A DNA stretch of 47,502 nucleotides, taken from positions 24,505,346 through 24,552,847 of the forward strand of contig NC_057749.1 of NCBI RefSeq assembly GCF_004010195.1, given 5' to 3'. The notes beneath the pieces were generated by a model. The model did no database searches and was not told the origin of the DNA. It saw only the letters and a program-made list of their open reading frames with translations. This DNA comes from Chiloscyllium plagiosum. Taxonomy: Eukaryota. The stretch's first letter is position 1. Every line of letters begins with the position of its first letter. The position numbers and the translations under genes were made by a program. Below are positions 26,189 to 36,410 of this stretch, in pieces.

Positions 26189-26217
26189 CCGGCCGCAGAC
26201 TGAGCCCGCTCGCTGGG

Positions 26218-26253
26218 TTATGCTGGCAGCGGCAGCAGTAGTTGCCCTCCCAT
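26218..26253 (-). other. Putative uORF MGGQLLLPLPA* in the antizyme 5' leader
   Basis: ATG at 26253 to TAA at 26218; lies between the TATA box (about 26380) and AUG1 (26188). Translation is not demonstrated. Confidence 0.55.
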
Positions 26254-26339
26254 CGGGCCGTGGCCGGAGTGTCAGTGCCTACTCTGCGGTGCCCGCTTTA
26301 CCGTGCGCCGTACCGCTCTGACCCGCTCCCTCCACCTTC

Positions 26340-26590
26340 CAGAACCTTCAGCGGCCGCTGCGCCTCCGCCGCCCGCTTATATAACCTCGCGGGGCATCAT
26401 GGGCCGCACCGACAAACAAATAAAACAACGGACAAATTATTTATCTCGCAGGCGCCGCGCCACGCCGGCTTTTTATGAAACATATATTTCCCCGCTGTCT
26501 GTTTTGGGTTTAATTCTCATCAGTTTATTGTTTTGTTTGGGCTCGTGACGTCAGTGGCACTGTGATTGACAGGCGAGGGGGCGGGGTCTC
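26340..26590 (-). promoter_or_regulatory. Antizyme promoter in a CpG island: TATA box (TTATATAA 26377-26384), CRE (TGACGTCA 26546-26553), TGATTGACAG (26563-26572), GC box (GGGGCGGGG about 26578-26586)
   Basis: Motifs read directly. About 26100-26600 is the clearest CpG-dense region of the window and sits immediately 5' of exon 1. Predicted TSS about 26350. Confidence 0.75.
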
Positions 26591-26819
26591 CGTGCTACTC
26601 AAAGTGAGCAAGAGGTTGTGTTTCTGCAAGACTAGCATTCTTGCTGGGTTGGCTTGCAAGTTAAGTGTTGGCTTTTAAAGATACTATTTGCATTGATGCA
26701 GAGTCCTCATGCCTCCTTAGGGCACCATAAAATGATTCCTAGTCCAAATCAGCAAAGACATTTAGAAAGAGGGGTACAGGGAGCTGGGACCAATGCATGT
26801 CTCACACACACAAAAAAAT

Positions 26820-27425
26820 CATGATTTGGCGACGTTGGTGTTGGAATGGGACGTACAAAGTTAAAAATCACACAACACCCAAATTATAGTCCAACAGGAA
26901 AGCACCAGCTTTCTGAGCACTGCTCCTTCATAATTACCTGATGAAGGAACAATGCTCCTAAAGCTGGATAAAGCAAATTACTGCAGATGCTGGAATCTGA
27001 AACCAAAAGAGAGAACATAGAACAAAGAACAATACAGCACAGAACAGGCCCTTCGGCCCACGATGTTGTGCCGAACTTCTAACCTAGATTAAGTACCCAT
27101 CCATGTACCTATCCAAATGCCGCTTAAAGGTCACCAATGATTCCGACTCTACCACACCCACAGGCAGCGCATTCCATGCCCCCACCACTCTCTGGGTAAA
27201 GAACCCACCCCTGACATCTCCCCTATACCTTCCACCCTTCACCAGAAAATGCTGGAAAATCTCAGCAAGTCTGGCAGCATCTGTAAGTAGAGAAAAGAGC
27301 TGATGTTTCGAGTCTAACTGACCCTTTGCCAAAGCTCAATGCAGCATTTTCTCTTTTTTGGTGCTCCTAAAGCTAGTGCTTCCAAATAAACCTGTTGGAT
27401 TATAACCTGGTGTTGTGATTTTCAA
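26820..27425. mobile_element. Nested insertion: Penelope-like palindrome containing a second Penelope-like fragment (26966-27361), which contains a CR1 3' end (about 27013-27243, minus)
   Basis: 13-bp direct repeat TGCTCCTAAAGCT at 26953-26965 and 27362-27374; inner FFTQRVVGAWNALP CR1 motif with (AGAACAT) tail; outer arms match 32326-32517. Confidence 0.75.
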
Positions 27426-28641
27426 CAAGAAAAATCAAATTGTTTGGGAAAAACCCAACAGTGTGGAGAGAAAGCAGAGTTAATATTTCAGGGCCAGTGA
27501 CCAGTCTTCAGAATTATGTAAGCAGTATTACATGTAACTACTGTTGCTGAAACCTATCTGGCTCACTAATGTCCTTTATAGGAGGAATTTTGCCATTCTT
27601 ACCCATGTGATTCCTGATGAAGGGCATTTGCCCAAAACATTGACTCTCCTGCTCTGCATTTCTAGTGCCACACTTTTCAACTCTGACTCTCCACCATCTG
27701 CAGTCCTCACTTTCTCCGAGTAGACACTTAGCTGTCTATTGGGTAATTATGGATGGACAATAAATGCTGGCCTAGACAGCTGTCCCATGAATTAATTAAA
27801 AACAAGTGTCAGCAATGAGGTACTTAAGTTACTTGAATATGTTATTAAGGCAGGGAGGAGAGGGTTATGAGCATTTACACAGGTATTCAAAAATCATGCA
27901 GGATCTATACAGAGACTGTTCCCACTTGCAGAAAAGTTCGAGAGCCATAGATACCAGTTTAAGGTGAATGGCAAAGGGAGTAATTGCAAGCATGGGGAAA
28001 AAAATCGTTCAGCCTAAGTTTCAATTTAGAACACTGTGCTAAGGAGGCAGATTCAATTTCTGGAATTCTGACAAAGGGTCAATAAACTCAAAATGTTAAT
28101 GTTGTTTCTCTCTCCGTGGACACTGCCAACCTGCTGAGTTTCTCTGGTGATTTCTGCTTTTATGGTAGATTCAAATGTTGCTTCAAAAGTAAATTGGACA
28201 AATATTTGAAAAGAAAAGAAAATTGCAGGGTTATAGGAAAAAGGCGGGCTAGTGGGACCAGCTGAGTTGTTCTTGTGGAGAGCCAATGTGGACACAACAA
28301 ATGGTTTATGATGCACTCTAAATTCTGTGGCAAGATTGGACACTGCAACATTCCACCAAGATTGAATAAGGTGAACGAATGGCCAACTAATCTGCTAGTA
28401 TTGTTGTGTTAAAGTCTTTTTCCCCCTCACATTGCACTGAACATCTTTTGCAAATCTCTTTAAACATGTGCCATCTCATTCTTGACACAGTAACATTGAG
28501 GGCCGAAGGGCCTGTACTGCGCTGTAATGTTCTATGTTCTATTTACAAGTGGGAACAGTTTCTCCCTGTCTAATCTATCCAGACCCCTCATGATTTTGAA
28601 AACTTCAATCAAATCTCTTGGCCTTATCCTCTGACACTCCC

Positions 28642-29091
28642 TTTTTTGTTTATTTTATTTTTTTCTCTTACCCCCACACTACCGCCTAACTGCGGTAGTG
28701 CTTATTTTTTTCCCCAGCAGCCATGTTGTGTGTGTGCAGGCGTGAGACACAGTGAAAGACACAAGGTGCATGAATCTTTATTCAGTTTCCACCACCAGGA
28801 AGAAAGGAAACACCCAAGTGGCCAGTGACAAGCAGTGCCCTTCGCATCAAAGGGAAATGCTGTGTGATCAAACAGTGAAGGGGAGGGCAGGGATTAAATC
28901 AAAATAGAGTTGGATGGGGAAATAATACACTCCACTTCCTGCAGCGCCCACCTCTCTCTGAACAACTCCAGGGTGTTGGTGGAGACCGCGTGCTCCTTCT
29001 CCAAGGACACCCGGGCCCTAAAGTAACCGCGGAAGAAGGGCAGGCAGTTGGCCCTAAAAACCCCCCTCCACGGCCCGCTGCCTGGACCTGT
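28642..29091 (-). mobile_element. Tx1/L1-clade LINE 3' end (ORF2 C-terminus, 3' UTR, poly(A))
   Basis: Minus ORF ...CLPFFRGYFRARVSLEKEHAVSTNTLELFRERW...; T-rich tail at 28642; related copies at 41102-41229 and 43050-43333. Confidence 0.65.
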
Positions 29092-29102
29092 TGACACTCC
29101 CC

Positions 29103-30211
29103 TTTTTTTATTTTATTAATAAAATTACAAAACAGTTTACAAAAACATTTACAGCTGTACACAAGAGACAGCAATTTTACAAGGGAGGGGAGCAGCAAAG
29201 CTAGGCCCCAAACCCTACGGTTCAACCATTTTACAGGGAGGTAAGGACAAACCTCAAATCCCAGTTCCACATATGACAAGACAGTGACAATGACATTTGT
29301 ACATTAGACAATACTGTTACATACAAAAGTGCAGACAATACAGACCCAGCAAGCCCCCGCCCCTCCCACCTTCCGACCACTCTAAGGCAGCCCGTCCCTA
29401 CCCACCTTCCGGCTAACACTCCCTTTTTTTTATTTTATTAATCAAATTACAAAACAGTTTACAAAAACATTTACAGCTGTACACAAGAGACAGCAATTTT
29501 ACAAGGGAGAGGAGCAGCAAAGCTAGGCCCCAAACCCTACCGTTGAAACAGTTTATAAGGAGATGAGGACAAACCACAAATCCCAGTTCCACATATGACA
29601 AGACGGTGACAATGACATTTGTACATTAGACAATACTGTTACACACAAAAGTGCAGACAGTACAGACCCAGCAAGCCCCCGCCCCTCCCACCTTCCGACC
29701 ACTCTAAGGCAGCCCGTCCCTAATGACCTTATTAACTGGGGGAGCAGACTTGATGGGCTGAATGGCCTACTTCTGTTCCTAATTGTATATATTGAATGGC
29801 CTCAGTGAAGACAGGTAAAGGAGCATCATCTCTGGAATTTGAATTAGGAAGTGAAAATGACAATTTTGGTCTACGGAAATAAACAATCTTGGAAATACCT
29901 GGCTGATTATATTATGATGTGGGAATGATGATTAAATATTTTATAAGATATTTTTGATGAGAATAAATTTCTCATAGAGAATCTGTACATTTTGCAAACT
30001 TTGCCTTCGAACCCTACCGTTCAACCATTTTACAGGGAGGAGGACAAACCTCACAAACCAGTTCCACATGTGACAAGACAGTGACAATGACATTTATACA
30101 TTAGACAATACCGTTACATACAAAAGTGCAGACAGTACAGACCCAGCAAGCCCCCACCCCTCCCACCTTCCGACCGCTCTAAGGCAGCCCGTCCCTACCC
30201 ACCTTCCGGTT
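29103..30211 (-). repeat. Three diverged copies of an approximately 310-bp poly(A)-tailed element (29103-29414; 29424-29721; partial 30010-30211)
   Basis: Near-identical blocks (ACAAGAGACAGCAATTTTACAAGG in copies 1-2; CAGACCCAGCAAGCCCC in all three); minus-strand A-tails in copies 1-2, with AATAAA; unit boundaries carry ACACTCCC(C)TTTTT. Confidence 0.85.
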
Positions 30212-30212
30212 A

Positions 30213-30327
30213 ACACTCCCCTTTTTATCTGTCAGCTAGGGGTCCCTGTTTGGACCAGATTAACAACCCCAATCAAAGATCTCATATTCCGTGGTGTCCA
30301 ATGGCTGACCTGGTTACAATCACTCCA
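30213..30327 (-). mobile_element. Possible LTR fragment, the host sequence for the 28.6-30.2 kb insertion stack
   Basis: Minus strand begins TG(GAGTGATTGTAAC), contains ATTGG and ATAAAAAG, and continues as GGGAGTGTCAGAGG at 28641-28628. The LTR call rests on recall of a shark repeat. Confidence 0.4.
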
Positions 30328-31085
30328 TTACAGCTTCACACAATACACCAACTGAGGATTAACTAGTATTTTACGTGGGTTTAGTATAACCTTCTTGCTC
30401 TTGTAGTTTATGACCCTATTAATAAAGTCTAGGATATTGTATTCATAATTAATCTCTCTCTCTCCACATGCTACCTTCAATGACTTATGCACAGACACAC
30501 ATGATAACATGGTTTTTCCATTCTATTTCAGCATGGATACGGATGGTGGTAGACTTAGCAATTTTAATGCCATTGCATGTTAAGAGGAGACATTTACATT
30601 TACATTCTCTCATAAAAACCAAACAACTGCGGGTGTTGAAATCAGAAACAAAGATACACCCTGTTCTGTAGAAGGGTCACTGGAACACCCAAAGTGTTAA
30701 CTCTGCTTTCTGTCCACAGATGCTGTCAGACCTGCTGAGATTTTCCAGCAATTTTTGTTCTTGTTTATAATCTCTCATGCTGACGATGGTCATAGCATGT
30801 GGTCTATGAATGTTTCTTGCTATTCATTAGCCAAAACCTGAAGAACAGTACTGTGTGAGCACTCCATTAAGGTCTTTGCACTGAAGGGAAGCAGCCCTGT
30901 ATAGAATGAACCGACATGAGTTCTGCCCACTCCCAACCCCAAATTCCCAACCATGGCCCATGATCCATTTCATTCTGAGGAGAGATGAATCCATGGGACT
31001 ATAATAAGAGCATATCTAGGTCATTCAGCCCATCAAGCCCGCTCAACCGTTTAATGAGGTCATAGATGACCTGATGACCCTCAAC

Positions 31086-31213
31086 ATTTCCTGAAGAAGG
31101 GCTTATGCCCGAAACGTCAATTCTCCTGTTCCTTGGATGCTGCCTGACCTGCTGCGCTTCTCCAGCAACACATTTTCAGCTCTGATCTCCAGCATCTGCA
31201 GACCTCACTTTCT
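31086..31213 (+). mobile_element. 128-bp Penelope-derived insertion starting at a hammerhead-like core, with 16-bp target-site duplication
   Basis: CCTGATGACCCTCAAC at 31070-31085 and 31214-31229; CTGAAGA-A-GGGC-TTAT-GCCC-GAAACGTC at 31091-31118. Confidence 0.8.
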
Positions 31214-31711
31214 CCTGATGACCCTCAACGCCAGATCTCGCGCCAGATTGAGGTGACAGCATCCCTAATCACATCAGCATTGCCTTTCAGTAATCTGTAG
31301 GTGATGGTGCTCACTGGAAGAGCCAGTGTAGGCACAATGGGCCAAATGGTGGCCTCCTGAGCTGTAACAATTCAATGATGTAATTGCTAACACCATCAGC
31401 AGATCCTTTCATGGCAAAGAGCCCTACAGTGCTGAAGACCCTTCTTTCCCATCCCCAGCTGCAGCCTCCTGGTCCTCATGCATCGGGTTCTGTTGGCATT
31501 GGCCATTCATCCTCCGTATTGCTGCTGGGTTAAGTTGGACAAACCTCCGACGTGGAATTACTGACCTCTGAAGAGATATCAGGAGGAAATGTTTGTTCTC
31601 CATTCGAGATATTGACATAACCAATTGGGTCTTTATCAGGCTGTTCGTGCACTGGGTGAAAGCCTGTCCTCTAGCAACCCCCACCTAGTGAGGGACAGCC
31701 TCTGTATGAGA

Positions 31712-32115
31712 GGATGGTTAGCTCAACTGGCTGGATGGCTGATTTTTGACACAGAGTGAATCTAAGAGTGTGGGTTCAATTCCTGCATTGGCTGAGGTAA
31801 CCAGGAAGGATTTTCCTTCTCAACGTTTCCCCTTGGTTGAGACATGGTGATTCTCAAGTTAAACTTCTGCCAATTGTATGTGTGTAGACAGGCAGGAGGC
31901 TGGGAGAACACAGCAAGCCAGGCAGCATCAGGGACTGGAGAAGTTAACATTCAGGGTTCTACACTTCCTGATGCTGCCTGACTTGCTGTGTTCTCCCAGC
32001 CTTCTGCCTGTCCACTTTGGGTTTCATCATCTGCAGTTTTTTTTGTCTCTAATTGTGTGTGTTACTCTCTAATGAGACAGCAGCCCTATGTCTGTGAAGA
32101 CTATGGCAACTTTTT
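31712..32115 (+). mobile_element. Second tRNA-headed SINE family, interrupted by a Penelope-like inverted repeat (about 31885-32050)
   Basis: TAGCTCAACTGG (A box) and GGTTCAATTCC (B box); related fragments at 2520-2690 and 7420-7560; inner arms GGCTGGGAGAACACAGCAAG / CTTGCTGTGTTCTCCCAGCC. Confidence 0.55.
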
Positions 32116-32325
32116 ACCATGACCTATGACTGGTTTCCCTCTTCCATTCTTCTGCCAGCTGGAAGATCTTGGTAGCTGACCTTTGATTATTCCCCGTGAC
32201 TCAGCCCTACAACCTTGGAATCCTCAGCAAGCTGTTTGTTCCCATTGTCCTTAACTTTCAGACACAGGGCCCTGGGAATGCTCCTGCACAGCCTCATGCT
32301 GACCAGCGTCACAATGCCTATGATT

Positions 32326-32517
32326 GGTGTACAAAGTTAAAAACCACACAACACCAGGTTATAGACCAATAAGTTTATTTGGAGGTATAAGCTTTCGGAG
32401 CACTGCTCCTTTGTCAGGTAGCTACCTGACGAGGGAGCAGTGCTCCGAAAGCTTGTACTTTCAAATAAACCTGTTGGATTATAACCTGGTGTTGTGTGGT
32501 TTTTAACTTTATCCACC
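32326..32517. repeat. Spacer-less palindrome with arms of about 96 bp, made of two head-to-head hammerhead-bearing Penelope-like termini
   Basis: Centre GTCAGGTAG|CTACCTGAC at 32421/32422; arms align without indels. Confidence 0.85.
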
Positions 32518-32579
32518 CCAGTCCAACACCAGCTCCTCCACATCTTGGCTATTATTGATGTAGCTGGGCATGGAGGCAA

Positions 32580-33025
32580 CGTAGAGTAAGTTCATAATGT
32601 GGATCCCGAGTATGGAAAACTGTCTTACTATGTGAGGTTAAGTAGATTGGGCCTATGCCCATTGGAAATATACAATAATGAGAGTTGACCTTATTGAAAA
32701 ATACAGGATTCTGAGGAGACTTGACAGCGTAGATCCAGAAAAGTTGCTTCCCCTTGCAACACCAGAGGACATCATCTTGGAATAAGGTGTTGCACATTTA
32801 AGACAGAAATGAGGAGAAATTTCTTCTCTCTGAGTGCAGTGAGACTTTTTTTTACTATAGACGATTGTTGAGGCTGGGTTGTGAAGTAATTCGAGGTTGA
32901 GATTAACAGATTTCTAATCAGTAAGCGAATTGAGCTTTATGGGAAATGGCTGGATAATGGAGCTGAGGATTATCAGATCAGCCACAGTCTCTTTGAACGG
33001 CTTATCAGATGTGATGGGCTGAATG
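32580..33025 (+). mobile_element. Old CR1 LINE 3' region
   Basis: AGACAGAAATGAGGAGAAATTTCTTCTCTC and GATGGGCTGAAT..GGCCTAC tail; a Penelope-like fragment (33025-33121, minus) is inserted in the tail. Confidence 0.65.
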
Positions 33026-35111
33026 TGGGTTGAGAGTGTGGTGCTGGAAAAGCACAGCAGGTCAGGCAGCATCCGAGGAGCAGGAGAATCGACATTTCGG
33101 GCAAAAGCCCTTCTTCAGGATGGCCTACGTGTGCCGCTATATTGTACAGTCTCAAAACTTCCTCTCACCTCAGGATGAAACCACAGGATTTTGTTGTTGG
33201 GAGTTGATAGAGCTTACTCACCTTCACTCTACAATGAGTGCTCCCTATTAGTGGTAAGGACTTACCAAGTGCTCACGCAACAGTATTTTCCAGTTTCAGT
33301 TTCATTTCCCTCGGTTCAGCGTACTTGCATGGTGCTGGAACATATGCAAACAGATCTCAGGCCCCTCCTATTTTTACTGCACGTTTCATCTGAGGCCTTC
33401 TTTCCTGACACTATTTAGGGAACAGATGGTGTTTTAGGTAATAGAGGGTTACAGCCCATGTGCAGGCAGATGGGATTAGTTTAGAATGGCATCATGTTCG
33501 TAACAGACATGGTATGCTGAAGGATCTGTTGCTGTGCTGTAGTGTTCTATGCTTGTAAATTTAACATTTGATCTACACGCCCTCTTAGCTCCCCATCTGC
33601 ACTGCACCATTTCCCCCATCAATATAGGTGTCCTCTTGTCCTTCCCTCTTTCAATCCCTCTGTCCATCCATCTCATCTCACAGCATTACCTCTTTCTCTC
33701 AGATGGAGCTGAAGAGGTTTTTTTATAGTTCCCACAGAGCTTTGTTAGAATTCTTAACCAAAGGCCGGGTGATTCAAGGTTTTGTTAGATTTTTGATTGA
33801 TAAGCTATTGAAGGTTATGGGGGGAAAAGCAGGAGACTGGATTTAAGCATGATCAGATTAGCCACAATCTTTGAATGGTGGAACAGACTTAATGGGCTGA
33901 ATGGCTGACTTCTGTTGCTATCACTTATGGTGCTATGAGTTCGATTTTTGATTGACAAGGTGTTGAGGGTTATCAGAGCAACCATGATCTCACTGAATGG
34001 TAGATCAGACCTGGTGGGCTGAATGACCTCAGCCCGTTCCTATGTCTTGTGCTCCAATCTTACACCAACCTTGCATGTGATGGCCCTCTGCAATAGTGAC
34101 CCTACAATACGAACTGACACTCATAAGGGCATGAACCATTCAATACACAGCGCAACATACCCTGACGGAGGGCAGCAGATCACTTGCCCTCTGAAGCTAG
34201 AGTCTTTTAGTCACCCAAGAGCACTGGCCTCCACAGCCACCTCTGTCCAAACTGCCTACATCATTTGGAATGGCCGCTCGTTTCCTTCTGTCCTGGACAG
34301 CCTTCAGGAGAAATATCCAGCTGAACAATGGTGGTGGTATTTTTAGACCAGTCTTGGACATCTGCACAGATGGGTGGCAATGGCTGATGGGCAGAGGGTA
34401 AGTGGTGCTCCTGGGTTCCGGTCTGGGTGCCCTTTACATTTGGTGCCCAGAAGCTGGAGCCTGGATGGACCAGGTGGTTGGGGTGGGGGCAGAACCTCTT
34501 GCTCATAACGTGTGGCATTTTCCCTGCGCATGTGTATGTAATGAGATGAGAACACCATAATCATGTGAGAAAACATTTCCCATTCAATAGTACTGGAAAT
34601 AGCTTTAGATTGTATGCCCACCTCCACACAGAAACACAGAATTGGTACAGGAAGAGACCATTTGGCCCATCATTAAATGAGCATCATGACCAAAACTGCT
34701 TTGTCCCCATATCCTTGCACATTATTGATCATCCAATATCTCTTGAGTGCTTCGATTGAACCGCCTCCACCACATTGCCAGACAGTGCCTTCCAGACCCT
34801 AACTGCTTGCTAGGTGAAAGACTTCATGCTTGCTTCTTTTGCAAATCACTTTAAAACTACGCCCTCTTATTTTTCAATTTACGAGTGGGAACAGTTTCTC
34901 CCTACTTTTTCTATCCAGCCTGTTCATGATTTCGAAAACGTCTCTCAGATCTCCTTGCAGCTTTTTCTCACCAAAGAGAACAGTCCCAGCTTCTTCAGTC
35001 TACCCTCATCTCATCCCTGGAACCATTCTTGTAAATCCTCTTCTGCGCTCTCTCCCAGAATGGGGCAACCAGAACTGTACACAGACCTAATGAGTAGGTT
35101 ACTACATACTT

Positions 35112-35622
35112 AGAGTCATAGAGTCATAGAGATGTACAGCACAGAAACAGACCCTTCGGTCCAACCCGTCCATGCCGACCAGATATCCCAACCCAATTTA
35201 GTCCCACCTGCCAGCACCCGGCCCATATCCCTCCAAATCCTTCCTATTCATATACCCATCCAAATGCCTTTTAAATGTACCAGCCTCCACCACTTCCTCT
35301 GGCAACTCATTCCGTACACATACCACTCCCTGCGTGAAAAGGTTGCCCCTTAGGTCTCTTTTATATCTTCCCCTTCTCACCCTAAACCTATGCCCTCTAG
35401 TTCTGGTCTCCCCACCCCCAGGGAAAAGACTTTGTCTATTTACCCTATCCATGCCCCTCAAAATTTTATAAACCTCGATAAGGCCACTCCTCAGCCTCTG
35501 ACACTCCAGGGAAAACAGCCCCTACCTGTTCAGCCTCTCCTTCTAGCTCAAATCCTCCAACCCTGGCAACATTCTTGTAAATCTTTTCTGAACTCTTTCA
35601 AGTTTCACAACATCCTTCCTAT
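35112..35622 (-). mobile_element. CR1/HER1 LINE 3' end, 5'-truncated
   Basis: Colinear with 4468-4975; (AGAGTCAT)n tail; LERVQKRFTRMLPGL. Confidence 0.88.
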
Positions 35623-35722
35623 AGTGCAAACTCCACACAGACAGTTGCCGGAGGTTGGAATCAAACCCGGATTCCTGGTACTGAGAGGCAGCAGTGCTAA
35701 CCACTGAGCCACTGTGCCACCC
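35623..35722 (-). mobile_element. HE1 SINE head fused to the CR1 truncation point
   Basis: Reverse complement of GGTGGCACAGTGGCTCAGTGGTTAGCACTGCTGCCTC...GTGTGGAGTTTGCAC. Confidence 0.75.
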
Positions 35723-36410
35723 AGAAACAGACCCTTTGGTCCGACCAGTCCATCCTGACGAAGTTCCCAAACTAAACTAGTCTCACCTGCCTGCTCCTGG
35801 CCTATATCCCTCCAAACCTTTCTTATTCATGTAACAACATCTAAAAGGCATTTGGACAAATAGATGGATAGGAAAGGTTTAGAAGGATATGGGCCAAGTG
35901 CATGGAAATGGGCCTCGCGTGAATGGACATTTTGGTTGGCCAGAGGGCCTGTCTCCATGCTCTACGACTCTACTTATCCAAATGTCTTTTAAATGTTGTA
36001 ACTGTATCCACATCCATCTATCTTCTGATGGTTATTCCACACATGAACCACTATCTGTGTAAAAATGTTGCCCCTCAGGTCCTTTCTTTTCTCACCTTAA
36101 AAATATGCCCCAGTCTTAAAATCCCCCACCTGAGGGAAGAGACAACTGCCATTCACCTTATCTATACCCCTCATGATTTTATAAACCTCTAGAAGGTCAC
36201 GCATCAACCTCCCATGCTCCAGTGAAAAACGACCCAGCCTATCCAGCCTCTCCTTATAACTCAAACCCTTAATTCCCAGCAATATCCTGATAAATCTTTT
36301 CTGAACCCGCATCAGTTTAATAATATCCTTCCTATAACAGGGAGACCAGAACTGGACACAGCGCTCCAGAAGAGGCCTCACCAATGTCCAGTACAATCTC
36401 AATCTCAACA
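35723..36410 (-). mobile_element. CR1 LINE 3' region containing an opposite-strand CR1 tail (about 35833-35970)
   Basis: LYWTLVRPLLERCVQFWSP...RVQKRF...YKIMRGID translation. Confidence 0.8.

Noticed and set aside
25424..26203. Long ORFs of 147-259 aa here and at 38372-38851
   Set aside because: Artefacts of reading through N gaps and low-complexity flanks.
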